64,000 nt of DNA, taken from NCBI GenBank assembly GCA_035699005.1, contig DASSBF010000095.1, positions 3,691-67,690 on the forward strand, written 5' to 3'. Made by a program: the position numbers and the translations under genes. Below, in pieces: positions 9,445-17,717 of the stretch; position 1 is the stretch's first letter; each line of letters begins with the position of its first letter. This DNA comes from Dongiaceae bacterium. GTDB taxonomy: Bacteria > Pseudomonadota > Alphaproteobacteria > Dongiales > Dongiaceae. The notes beneath the pieces are model-generated. The model was not told where the DNA came from. It did no database searches and saw only the letters and a program-made list of their open reading frames with translations.

Positions 9445-11292
9445 CTAGCTGCCAGGGTGCCAGTTGGCGGCGATCACCGCTTCGACCGACTGGGCCTGGG
9501 AGCTGCTCATGGTCATGGGCGCGCCGGCACTGTTCGTGAATGCCGCCATCGCCTGCACCATCTGCTGTACGCGAGAGGCCTCCAGCACCGAGCCGTCGCT
9601 GAGCTCGAACCGGCTGAGCTGGCTCGACGGATCGCTGTACCATCCCTTGAGACGCACGCTGTCGGTGTTGCCGGTGCCGCGCAAGGTCACCAGCAGGTCG
9701 CTGCCGGTCTTCGCGAACCAGATGTCATCCTCGCCGATGCCGGAATCGAAGAGGAGCCGATCGGCGCCGCCGGAGTCGCTGTTGAAGATCGTGTCCTTCT
9801 TGTCGCCCCGGCCGAAGACGTAGGTGTCCGCGCCCTGCCCGCCGGTCAGCGTATCGTTGCCGACCCCGCCCTCCAGCCGATCGTTGCCCGCCCCGCCGGT
9901 AATCGAGTTGGCGAGCTGGTTGCCGATGCCGGTGAAGTTGCCGGAGCCGATGTATTGCAGGTTGTCGAGGTGATCCCCGAGCGCATAGGACGACAACGTG
10001 GTCTTGACGAGATCCGTGCCCTCGGTCCCCTCCTCGACCGGCCGGTCACCGACCGCGTTGACGATGTAGATGTCGTTGCCTTTTCCGCCGACCAGGGTGT
10101 CGATGCCGGTTCCGCCGGCCAGCGTGTCGTTGCCCGCGGTGCCGTTCACGTAGAGCCCGTTGGGCAGCTCGATCACGCTGTTGTTGCCGAGATGCATGAG
10201 CGAGGGCGACGGCAGCGCCATATTGATCAGCTTCAGCACATTGCCGCCGCTCGACAAATCGAACGCCTTGGCGGCGCCGGCCGCGTCGGAGAAGCGGAAA
10301 TTGTCGAGCGTCACGTCGGAGCCGTTGGCTGTCCACAGATGCGCCAGCTTGCCGATGCCGCCGTAGTGCTTTGGATCCTTGCTGATGCTGTCGATCATGG
10401 TGACCTCGCTTCCCCACAACCGGAAGTTCTGGTCGTTGCCAATGGCCGTCGCGCGGATAAGCTTCGTGTTCCTGGACTTGAGGTCATAGCCGGCATCGGT
10501 GTTGCCTGACGCCACGGTGTCCTGGAACGTCAGGTTGTAGGTGTTTCGCTCGGCCAGGAATCCATCGCCGTTCCAATAGGAGGAGGACGATCCGTGGCCG
10601 TAGTTGTTCTTCATCGTCACATGGTCGAACAGAACGTCGTGGACCGTCCCGGCCAGCATCACCCCCGCGATGTACAGCCCGCCATCCTGCTTCTGGCTGT
10701 CGCCAACGACGTTCTGGATCAGCACGTTGCGGCTGTCGTACTGGAGGCGGATGGCGTTCTTGGAATAGCCCGCTATGGAGACATCCTGGACCTTCAGGCC
10801 ATCGACGCTCGCCGACGTCGCGCTTCCCGACCGGTAGTCTTCGATGAAGCGGCACACGTTGGTCGCGGCGACCCGCCTGATCGAGAGATCGGCGATGTTG
10901 GCGCCGATCCGGAAGACGCCGTTGCCGACGTTCTTGACCGCAAGATCCGTGAAGTTCAGGTGATTGGCGCCCGATAGCAGGCGGAACAGCTCGACCCCGT
11001 CCGAGAGCCCCGGCTTCCAGGCCGACGGTCGCGTGCCGACGAAGCTGGCGGCCATCGGGTTGCCGCTGCTGTCGACACCGCGGATCGTCACCGGCGCGCC
11101 CGCCGCGCCGCCGGCAGCGATGGTGATCTGCTGGGTCACTTTGTACGCGCCCTTGTCCGCGAGGAGGCGCACCTCGCCGCCAGGGCCCGCGGCATCGATG
11201 AATTTCGGGAGGTTCATGATGGTGCCGGCATTGGCCGGGGATGAACCGCTGCGCGTTCCGGAACCAGTTGGAGAGATGTAGAAAATGGCCAT
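9445..11292 (-). CDS. T1SS-secreted RTX protein 1: right-handed beta-helix (PL9-like), GGxGxD repeats and a hemolysin-type C-terminal domain
   Basis: No Sec signal; YISPTGSG N-terminus; repeats AGGTGIDTL, GGKGND, GGAGND, GGQGAD; C-terminal VQQMVQAMAAF; GGAAGG RBS. Confidence 0.88.
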   Translation of the reverse strand: MAIFYISPTGSGTRSGSSPANAGTIMNLPKFIDAAGPGGEVRLLADKGAYKVTQQITIAAGGAAGAPVTIRGVDSSGNPMAASFVGTRPSAWKPGLSDGVELFRLLSGANHLNFTDLAVKNVGNGVFRIGANIADLSIRRVAATNVCRFIEDYRSGSATSASVDGLKVQDVSIAGYSKNAIRLQYDSRNVLIQNVVGDSQKQDGGLYIAGVMLAGTVHDVLFDHVTMKNNYGHGSSSSYWNGDGFLAERNTYNLTFQDTVASGNTDAGYDLKSRNTKLIRATAIGNDQNFRLWGSEVTMIDSISKDPKHYGGIGKLAHLWTANGSDVTLDNFRFSDAAGAAKAFDLSSGGNVLKLINMALPSPSLMHLGNNSVIELPNGLYVNGTAGNDTLAGGTGIDTLVGGKGNDIYIVNAVGDRPVEEGTEGTDLVKTTLSSYALGDHLDNLQYIGSGNFTGIGNQLANSITGGAGNDRLEGGVGNDTLTGGQGADTYVFGRGDKKDTIFNSDSGGADRLLFDSGIGEDDIWFAKTGSDLLVTLRGTGNTDSVRLKGWYSDPSSQLSRFELSDGSVLEASRVQQMVQAMAAFTNSAGAPMTMSSSQAQSVEAVIAANWHPGS

Positions 11293-11554
11293 TTGATACC
11301 TTCCCGTGTTCTCTTCAGAATAAACGAGCGCCTCTGGACGAACGGCCTTCAGCCGCGTCGCCCAGCGAAATCCCCAAGTATCAAAAAGCGATTGCGCTTC
11401 CGAAGCCGGCACCCCGCCGGCTCCAGGCGCGTTTCATGACCGTTTGTCGGTCTTCCCCCACACAGTCGGCGGCTTGCCACCCGACGCTGTCGCGTCGCCT
11501 GCCGCACTGCAAGCAATATAGACTTACTCACTTAAGGTCGCCGCGTCGATTATG

Positions 11555-14113
11555 TCAATCGGCCGAGTGCCAATTTGCCGCGATTGCCTTCTCCACCAAT
11601 TGCTGTTGCGGCGCACTCAAGTCAGTGACCGCGCCAGGCAGCGGGAACGCCGACATCGCATCGACGAGCTGCTGGACCTGCGCGGCCGCGAGCGTCGAAC
11701 CATCGGAAAGCTCTAGGTGGTCGAACTGGCTGCCAAGATCGGAGTACCAGCCCTGCAAGGTCGTGCGATCAGAGGTTCCCAGCACGCTGGCCACCAGATC
11801 GCTGCCGCTGCGCGCGAACCAGAGCTGGTCTTCCGCAATGCCTGCGCCGAACAGCAGCGTGTCAGCGGCGCCATCCATATCGCCGTTGGCGATGAGATCC
11901 GCGCCGCCGCCGCGTCCGAACAGATAGGTATCGGCACCCTCTCCCCCAATCAACGTGTCGTTGCCCGCGCCGCCATCGAGCACGTCGTTGCCGTCGCCGG
12001 CGCCGAGAACGTTGTCGGCACTGTTGCCGGTGATCGTGTTGTCGCCGGAATTCCCCGTGCCCCTGACGGCGCCGGTCCCGGTCAAGACCAGGTTCTCGAG
12101 ATTCGCGCCGAGGCTGAAGCTGACGACGCTTCGCACGGTGTCACCGCCTTCGCCGGCCTTCTCGACCACCTTGTCGCCGGATGTGTTGACGACATAGGTA
12201 TCGTCACCGGCACCGCCCGCCAGCACATCGTCGCTGCCGCCGCCATCCAGCAGGTCGTTGCCGGCCGCGCCGTAGAGCGAGTCCCGGCCGGTTTCGCCGA
12301 ACAGCTGGTCGTCCCCGTCATCGCCATAGAGCTTGTCGTTATTGCCGCCGCCCAGGATCCTGTCGATCCCGGCCCCGCCGCGGAGCGTGTCATTGCCGTT
12401 GGCGCCCCGCAGCGTGTCGTTGCCGGCGCCGCCCGTGACGAGGTTGTTGAGCCCGTTGCCCGTGCCGGCGAAATCGCCGCTGCCGGTGAAAGCCAGATTC
12501 TCGACATTGGCCGTGAGCGTGTATGCGGCAAGGACGGTATTCACCAGATCGGTCCCCTGCGCTGCCGCCTCGACCACGACATCGCCGGCCGCGTTCACGG
12601 CGTAAACATCGTTGCCTGCGCCGCCAGCAAGCCGGTCGCCGCCGGCGCCACCCGCCAGCACATCGTTGCCGGTGGTTCCGGTTTCCTGGACGTCGAGCAG
12701 TGCGATGGTCACCGCCCGATCGCAGCTCAGCCCGTCCTGATCGGTGGCTCGGATCGTCAGATCGTAGGATGTCTGCGTTTCGAAATCGAGCACCGCTCCC
12801 GATTTGACCAGAACCTCGCTGCCAGCGACCTCGAAAAGGTTGGTGGTGCCCCCGACCAGCGTGAAGGTGTGGGTGTCTCCGGCGGAATCGATCGCGCTCA
12901 GGGAGGCAACCAGGGTCCCCGCCGCTGCATTCTCCTCGACCGTTCCGCCTGTCAAGGTAATGCCGGTCGGCGCCGCAGTGACGTCGATGAGCGATCCTGT
13001 GCCCAGCCGCATCAGGTCCTGATAGAGGGGCGGAATCAGGGTGTCGCGCAGATGGATGGTGTTGTCGCCATCGCGCAGGTCGAACAGCGTTTTCGGAAGC
13101 AGCGCATCCGAGAAGGTCAGACCGTCGATCGTCGCGACCGCCCCCTCCGCCAGCCAGACGTGGCTCGTGGAGGCGCTGCCCCCGCTGTGGAGGGGATCGA
13201 TGCTGCTGCTGTCCTCCAGGGAGATGGAGTTGCTCCAGAAGCGGTAGTTGCGATTGTTCCCCTTGGAGACGGCCCGGACCAGCACCGTGCCGCTCGATTT
13301 GAGGTCATAGCCCGCGTCGGCATTGCCGGAGGCAAGCGTGTCCTCGAAGCGCAGGCCGTAGACGCCCCGCTCGGCTGCGAAGCCGTCGCCGTTCCAGTAT
13401 TCGGTGGGCCCGGCGGCGCCGTAGTTGTTCCTCATCTCGGTATGGGAGATGAGGACATCGTGGACGGTCCCGGCGAGCGAGACACCCGCGATGTAGAGTT
13501 CGCCATCTTGATGCCGGCTGTCACCCACGACGTTCTGGATCACGACGTTGCGCGTGTCGTATTGCAGGCGGATGGCGTTCTGCGAATAACCGTCGATGCT
13601 GGCGTTCTGCACCGTCAGCCCGTCGATGGTCGCGCTGGTGGCGGTGCCGGAGACGTAATCCTCGATGAAGCGAGAGACGTTGCTCGCGGTCACGTTGCGG
13701 ATCGTCAGGTTGGAGATGTCCGCGCCCACGCGAAAGACACCGTTGCCGACATTCTCCACCGCGAGATCCTGGAACACCAGGTTGTTCGCGCCGGAGAGCA
13801 ACCGGAACAGGTCGTTGCCGCTGCTCAATCCCGGTGCCCAGGGCTCCGCCCGCGTCCCCGCGATCTTCGCCGCCATCGGGTTGCCGCTGCTGTCGACGCC
13901 GCGGATCGTGACCGGCGCGTCGGGCATCCCCCCGGCGCTGATCGAGAGCTGCGTGCCCCGGCTGTAGGCGCCCTGGTCCGCAAGCAGCAGGACCTGCCCG
14001 CCCGGGCCCGCGGCCTTGATGTATGTGTTGAGGCTGCCGAGAGTTCCCGCATTCTCGCGCGAAGAGCCGTCGCGCAAGCCGGAGCCGGTCGGCGAAACGT
14101 AGAGAGTTGCCAT
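11555..14113 (-). CDS. T1SS-secreted RTX protein 2: beta-helix (PL9-like), cadherin domain and an extended RTX array
   Basis: Paralog of RTX protein 1; cadherin motif LDFETQTSYDLTIRATD; more than 10 GGxGxD-type nonapeptides; C-terminal VQQLVDAMSAF. Confidence 0.9.
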   Translation of the reverse strand: MATLYVSPTGSGLRDGSSRENAGTLGSLNTYIKAAGPGGQVLLLADQGAYSRGTQLSISAGGMPDAPVTIRGVDSSGNPMAAKIAGTRAEPWAPGLSSGNDLFRLLSGANNLVFQDLAVENVGNGVFRVGADISNLTIRNVTASNVSRFIEDYVSGTATSATIDGLTVQNASIDGYSQNAIRLQYDTRNVVIQNVVGDSRHQDGELYIAGVSLAGTVHDVLISHTEMRNNYGAAGPTEYWNGDGFAAERGVYGLRFEDTLASGNADAGYDLKSSGTVLVRAVSKGNNRNYRFWSNSISLEDSSSIDPLHSGGSASTSHVWLAEGAVATIDGLTFSDALLPKTLFDLRDGDNTIHLRDTLIPPLYQDLMRLGTGSLIDVTAAPTGITLTGGTVEENAAAGTLVASLSAIDSAGDTHTFTLVGGTTNLFEVAGSEVLVKSGAVLDFETQTSYDLTIRATDQDGLSCDRAVTIALLDVQETGTTGNDVLAGGAGGDRLAGGAGNDVYAVNAAGDVVVEAAAQGTDLVNTVLAAYTLTANVENLAFTGSGDFAGTGNGLNNLVTGGAGNDTLRGANGNDTLRGGAGIDRILGGGNNDKLYGDDGDDQLFGETGRDSLYGAAGNDLLDGGGSDDVLAGGAGDDTYVVNTSGDKVVEKAGEGGDTVRSVVSFSLGANLENLVLTGTGAVRGTGNSGDNTITGNSADNVLGAGDGNDVLDGGAGNDTLIGGEGADTYLFGRGGGADLIANGDMDGAADTLLFGAGIAEDQLWFARSGSDLVASVLGTSDRTTLQGWYSDLGSQFDHLELSDGSTLAAAQVQQLVDAMSAFPLPGAVTDLSAPQQQLVEKAIAANWHSAD

Positions 14114-14207
14114 CGCACCATCCTTGCGGATTTTCCAGGATGCGAGTCCGTTCGGCGCGAATATGGGCGTCTTGACTGGCTCGCTGCGAGAATAAAAGGC
14201 GATAAGT

Positions 14208-14223
14208 GTTAATTGAATGTTAA
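14208..14223 (-). promoter_or_regulatory. CtrA-type binding site TTAA-N7-TTAAC
   Basis: Minus strand reads TTAA-CATTCAA-TTAAC, an exact consensus match about 95 bp upstream of the RTX2 start in an AT-rich intergenic region. Confidence 0.65.
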
Positions 14224-14407
14224 TATTGCAGTAGCCATTTCGACCTAATACTTGGCATTATTCAATTCATTTTATCGAAATCAGTTCTATTTTCCGCACC
14301 GCAGGGTGAAGGGCGGCGCGCTGCGGTTGACAGGGCACGCCATCGGGCATTGAATGAGAAAGATTTGGGCGTGCGTGGGGAGCGCCGCGTGGGAGGAGCA
14401 GCGCCGC

Positions 14408-15097
14408 ATGACGACTGTTCTGGTGGCTGACGACCATCCGCTGTTCCGCGAAGCGATCGCGGATGCCTTGCGCAACATGCTCGACCGGGTCGGCGTCCTC
14501 GAAGCCGGCTCGATGACCGAGGCGATCGATCAGGTCGCCAATGCCAACGACATCGACCTGGTGCTGCTGGACCTGCGCATGCCGGGCATGAGCGGGGTCA
14601 AGGGGGTGCGCACCTTGCGCCGGCGCCGGCCTGACATTCCCATCGCCGTGATCTCGGCCCTCGACGACAGCCTGGTGGTCCAGCAATGCTTCGATGCCGG
14701 CGCCATCGGCTACATACCGAAGTCGTTGCCGCGCGCCGGCATCGCCGACGCGATCCAGACCATCCTGGATGGCGGCAGCTTCGCGCCCGACGACAGCCTG
14801 TTCGGCCGCGGCGCACGGGCCGAGGAGAAGGGTGAGGACATCGAGCTGGACGACGCCATGCGCTGCCGGTTCGAATTGCTCACCAACCAGCAATGCAAGG
14901 TGCTGGAGCTGATGGCGCGGGGTCTGCTCAACAAGCAGATCGCCTATGAGATCGACGTGCAGTTGACGACGGTCAAGGCGCACGTCTCGAGCCTACTGCA
15001 GAAGCTCGGCGTCTCGCGCCGGACCCAGGCGGTCATCCTGTACCAGAAATACAGCCGCCAGCCCTCACTCTCGGATCGAGGCAATCAGCGCCCTTAG
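14408..15097 (+). CDS. NarL/LuxR-family response regulator (ErbR/AgmR/FlhR-like)
   Basis: VADDHPLFR, LLDLRMPG and GYIPKS receiver motifs; LLNKQIAYE..TVKAHVS HTH; GGAGGAG RBS. Confidence 0.92.
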   Translation: MTTVLVADDHPLFREAIADALRNMLDRVGVLEAGSMTEAIDQVANANDIDLVLLDLRMPGMSGVKGVRTLRRRRPDIPIAVISALDDSLVVQQCFDAGAIGYIPKSLPRAGIADAIQTILDGGSFAPDDSLFGRGARAEEKGEDIELDDAMRCRFELLTNQQCKVLELMARGLLNKQIAYEIDVQLTTVKAHVSSLLQKLGVSRRTQAVILYQKYSRQPSLSDRGNQRP

Positions 15098-17704
15098 CCG
15101 CGCCGGCTTGATCGGCTTCAGGAGCAGGCTGACGCCTGCGAGCTTGCGCACGTCGTCACGGATCGCCGGGCTGTGGTCGGCGGTGATGATCGCGGCCGGG
15201 ATCCCGGCATGCACGCGCTTGCGGATGGTGTCGATGGCGTCGGTGCCGACGCGGCCATGATCGAGATGATAGTCGACCAGAAGCAGGTCCGGCTTCTCCC
15301 CCGTGCGGTCCAGTTCGGACAAAGCGCCTTCCGCGTTGGAGGCGGCGATCACGCGGCATCGCCAGGTGTCGAGCAGGCTGGCCATGCCCTCGAGCACCTG
15401 GGACTCGTTGTCGATGACGAGGACACGCACGCCATCGATCGTGCGGTGGCGCGGCAGGCGAGGTGCCTGCGGGGCCCTCCGTTGGCCGGTCGCTTCGGCA
15501 AGGGGAACCAGAACGGAGAACGCCGAACCCCTGCCGACCCGCGAGCTGACCTTGACCGGATGGTCGAGCAGGCGGCTGATGCGGCGCACGATGGAAAGGC
15601 CCAGGCCGTATCCTTTCGATCCGCCCGCGAGGTCGGCAAGGCGGCGGAACTCCGCGAAGATCTCGTCGAACTTGTCCTTGGGGATGCCGATGCCGGTGTC
15701 GGCGACCTGGATCTCCGCACACTTGCCCCGCCGCCGTACCCCGAACAGGACCTTGCCCTTCGGCGTATAGCGGCAGGCATTGGTGAGGAGGTTCTGCAGC
15801 AGCCGGCGCAGCAGGCGCACATCCGTCCGCACGGCGAGCGAGGTCGGCACGACGTGGAGCTCAAGGCCGGACCGTTCCGCCAAGGGCGCCATTTCGTCGC
15901 GCAGCGATTGTATCAGGGGCGAAAGAGGGGCCGCACCGAGTTGCACGTTCACGCGCCCCGATTCCAGCTTGGAGATGTCGAGCAGGATGTTGAGGATGTC
16001 CTCGATATTGACCAGTGCGCGGTCCACCTTCTCCACATAGTCGGCGGTGTGGCGTGGCAGCTTGCGCCCCTGGATCGAGGCGATGAACAGACGCGCGGTG
16101 TTCAGCGGCTGCAGCAGGTCGTGGCTGGCATCCGCCAGGAACTGCGTCTTGCTGGCGTTGGCGAGCTCCGCCTCAACCTTGGCCGCCCGCAGCTCGCGGG
16201 CGATCCGGCGCCTTTCCTCGATCTCGCGCACCAGGGTCGCGTTCAGCTCCTGCAGGGTGGCCGTGCGCTCGTAGACGCGCCGCTCCAGGTCCTCCTTCGC
16301 CATCTCCAGCATATGCTGGGTGCGGCGGCGCTCGGTGATGTCCTGGATCAGGGTGAAGAAGCCGACAACGCGGCCGGAGGCGCTGCGGTGCGGCACGTAG
16401 GTCGCGAGGCCGAAGCGCGGCTCGTCGTCCGCGGATGGCAGCACGACGTCGAACACGCTGGTCGAGCCGGCGAGCGCGCGTTCGATGAAGCTGCGCCGGA
16501 AGCCGTACTCCGCCTCGCCCAGAACAGCGCGCATCTTGCGCCCGACGACCTTGCCGCCGTCGCGCGCGAAGGCCGCGCGATAGGCGCGGTTCACGAACTG
16601 ATAGCGCTCCTGATCGTCGATGTAGCACATCATCGTCGGCATGGCGTTGGCGAACAGGCGGATGCGCGCCTCGCTGTCGTGCAGCGCCTCCTCCGCCTGG
16701 CGCCGGTCGGTGATCTCCGCATAGGAGACCACGAATCCGCCATCGGGCATCGGGTCGCTCTTGATCGCGAACCAGCGGCCGTTGACCGAGACTTCCGCCG
16801 TCGGCCCGCCATGGGTCGTGATGATCGGCGAGGCGGTCCCCAGATCCGGGACGTCGCGCAGATCGTTGAAGCGCTGGAAGCCGCGCAGCGCCGCACCGGG
16901 CGTCAGCAGCGTGGCGGGCAGATTCAGCAGCTCGCCATATTGCCGGTTGGCGGTGACCAGCCTCTGGTCCCTGTCAAACACGGCCACGCCGATGGACATG
17001 CTTTCGAGGGTGGCCTGAAGGTGGAGCGAGCGCTCGGCAAGGGCCCGCTCGCGCTCTTGCCGCTCGGCATCCTTGACGTCGGTGATGTCGGTATAGATCG
17101 AGGCGAGGCCGCCTTCAATCGACCGGCGGTCGTTCACCTGCACCCAGCGTCCGCTGGACTGGGCGTAGACCCAGCGGTCGGCGCCGTGCCGGCGCGTGTT
17201 GTCACGCTGGCGCGTGCGCTCGGCGATCCAGGATTCGGCGCTCTGCCCGTCAGGCGCCGCAATGCGGCCACGATCGAGCGCGATGCGGATCAGGCCCTGG
17301 AACGTGACGCCGGTGCGGATCTCGGCCGAAAGGCCGGGCCAGAAGTCCGTGAAACGCCGGTTGAACAGGATCAGCCGGTCTTCAGGATCGAAGATCGCGA
17401 AGCCCTCGGAGATGCTGTCGATCGCATCCTGCAGCCGGTTCTGAGTCGTCATGCCGACGACCGCCGCCTCGTTCAGCTCGCGGTTGGAGGTCGCCACCGC
17501 CTCCAGTGCCTGCTCCAGCTCGCGCGTGCGGTCGCGCACCATGCGATCCAGGAGGATCGCCGCCTGGAACAGGTGGTAGGCGTTGCCGTGCAGGTCGAGC
17601 CCGTGCTCCACCCGCTGCATCAGCGCGCGGTTGATCTCGGTCAGCTTGGCGACCTTCCGGCGGAGATCCGCGGTCTCGTCGCCCGGTGCGCTGTCGGCTG
17701 GCAT
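15065..17704 (-). CDS. PAS-domain hybrid sensor histidine kinase (NahK/ErcS-like)
   Basis: Several PAS-like repeats, H-box ASHDLLQPL, N/G1/G2 boxes (NACRYT, DTGIGI, GLGLSI) and a C-terminal receiver domain; no evident TM helix. Confidence 0.92.
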   Translation of the reverse strand: MPADSAPGDETADLRRKVAKLTEINRALMQRVEHGLDLHGNAYHLFQAAILLDRMVRDRTRELEQALEAVATSNRELNEAAVVGMTTQNRLQDAIDSISEGFAIFDPEDRLILFNRRFTDFWPGLSAEIRTGVTFQGLIRIALDRGRIAAPDGQSAESWIAERTRQRDNTRRHGADRWVYAQSSGRWVQVNDRRSIEGGLASIYTDITDVKDAERQERERALAERSLHLQATLESMSIGVAVFDRDQRLVTANRQYGELLNLPATLLTPGAALRGFQRFNDLRDVPDLGTASPIITTHGGPTAEVSVNGRWFAIKSDPMPDGGFVVSYAEITDRRQAEEALHDSEARIRLFANAMPTMMCYIDDQERYQFVNRAYRAAFARDGGKVVGRKMRAVLGEAEYGFRRSFIERALAGSTSVFDVVLPSADDEPRFGLATYVPHRSASGRVVGFFTLIQDITERRRTQHMLEMAKEDLERRVYERTATLQELNATLVREIEERRRIARELRAAKVEAELANASKTQFLADASHDLLQPLNTARLFIASIQGRKLPRHTADYVEKVDRALVNIEDILNILLDISKLESGRVNVQLGAAPLSPLIQSLRDEMAPLAERSGLELHVVPTSLAVRTDVRLLRRLLQNLLTNACRYTPKGKVLFGVRRRGKCAEIQVADTGIGIPKDKFDEIFAEFRRLADLAGGSKGYGLGLSIVRRISRLLDHPVKVSSRVGRGSAFSVLVPLAEATGQRRAPQAPRLPRHRTIDGVRVLVIDNESQVLEGMASLLDTWRCRVIAASNAEGALSELDRTGEKPDLLLVDYHLDHGRVGTDAIDTIRKRVHAGIPAAIITADHSPAIRDDVRKLAGVSLLLKPIKPARLRALIASIRE

Positions 17705-17717
17705 CGTCCCCTCCCCG

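Noticed and set aside
11521-11536. Second CtrA box between the RTX genes
   Set aside because: Only one TTAA half-site is present and the spacing is wrong.
9445-14113. RTX pore-forming toxin or AlgE-type mannuronan epimerase
   Set aside because: There is no hydrophobic pore domain or hlyC acyltransferase, and the AlgE YGFDPHE motif is absent.
14239-14254. Possible sixth copy of the C1 7-2-7 motif upstream of the RTX operon and response regulator (minus strand CAAGTAT-TA-GGTCGAA)
   Set aside because: Only one half-site matches (same as copy D) and the CTTTGG core is absent; too weak to count.
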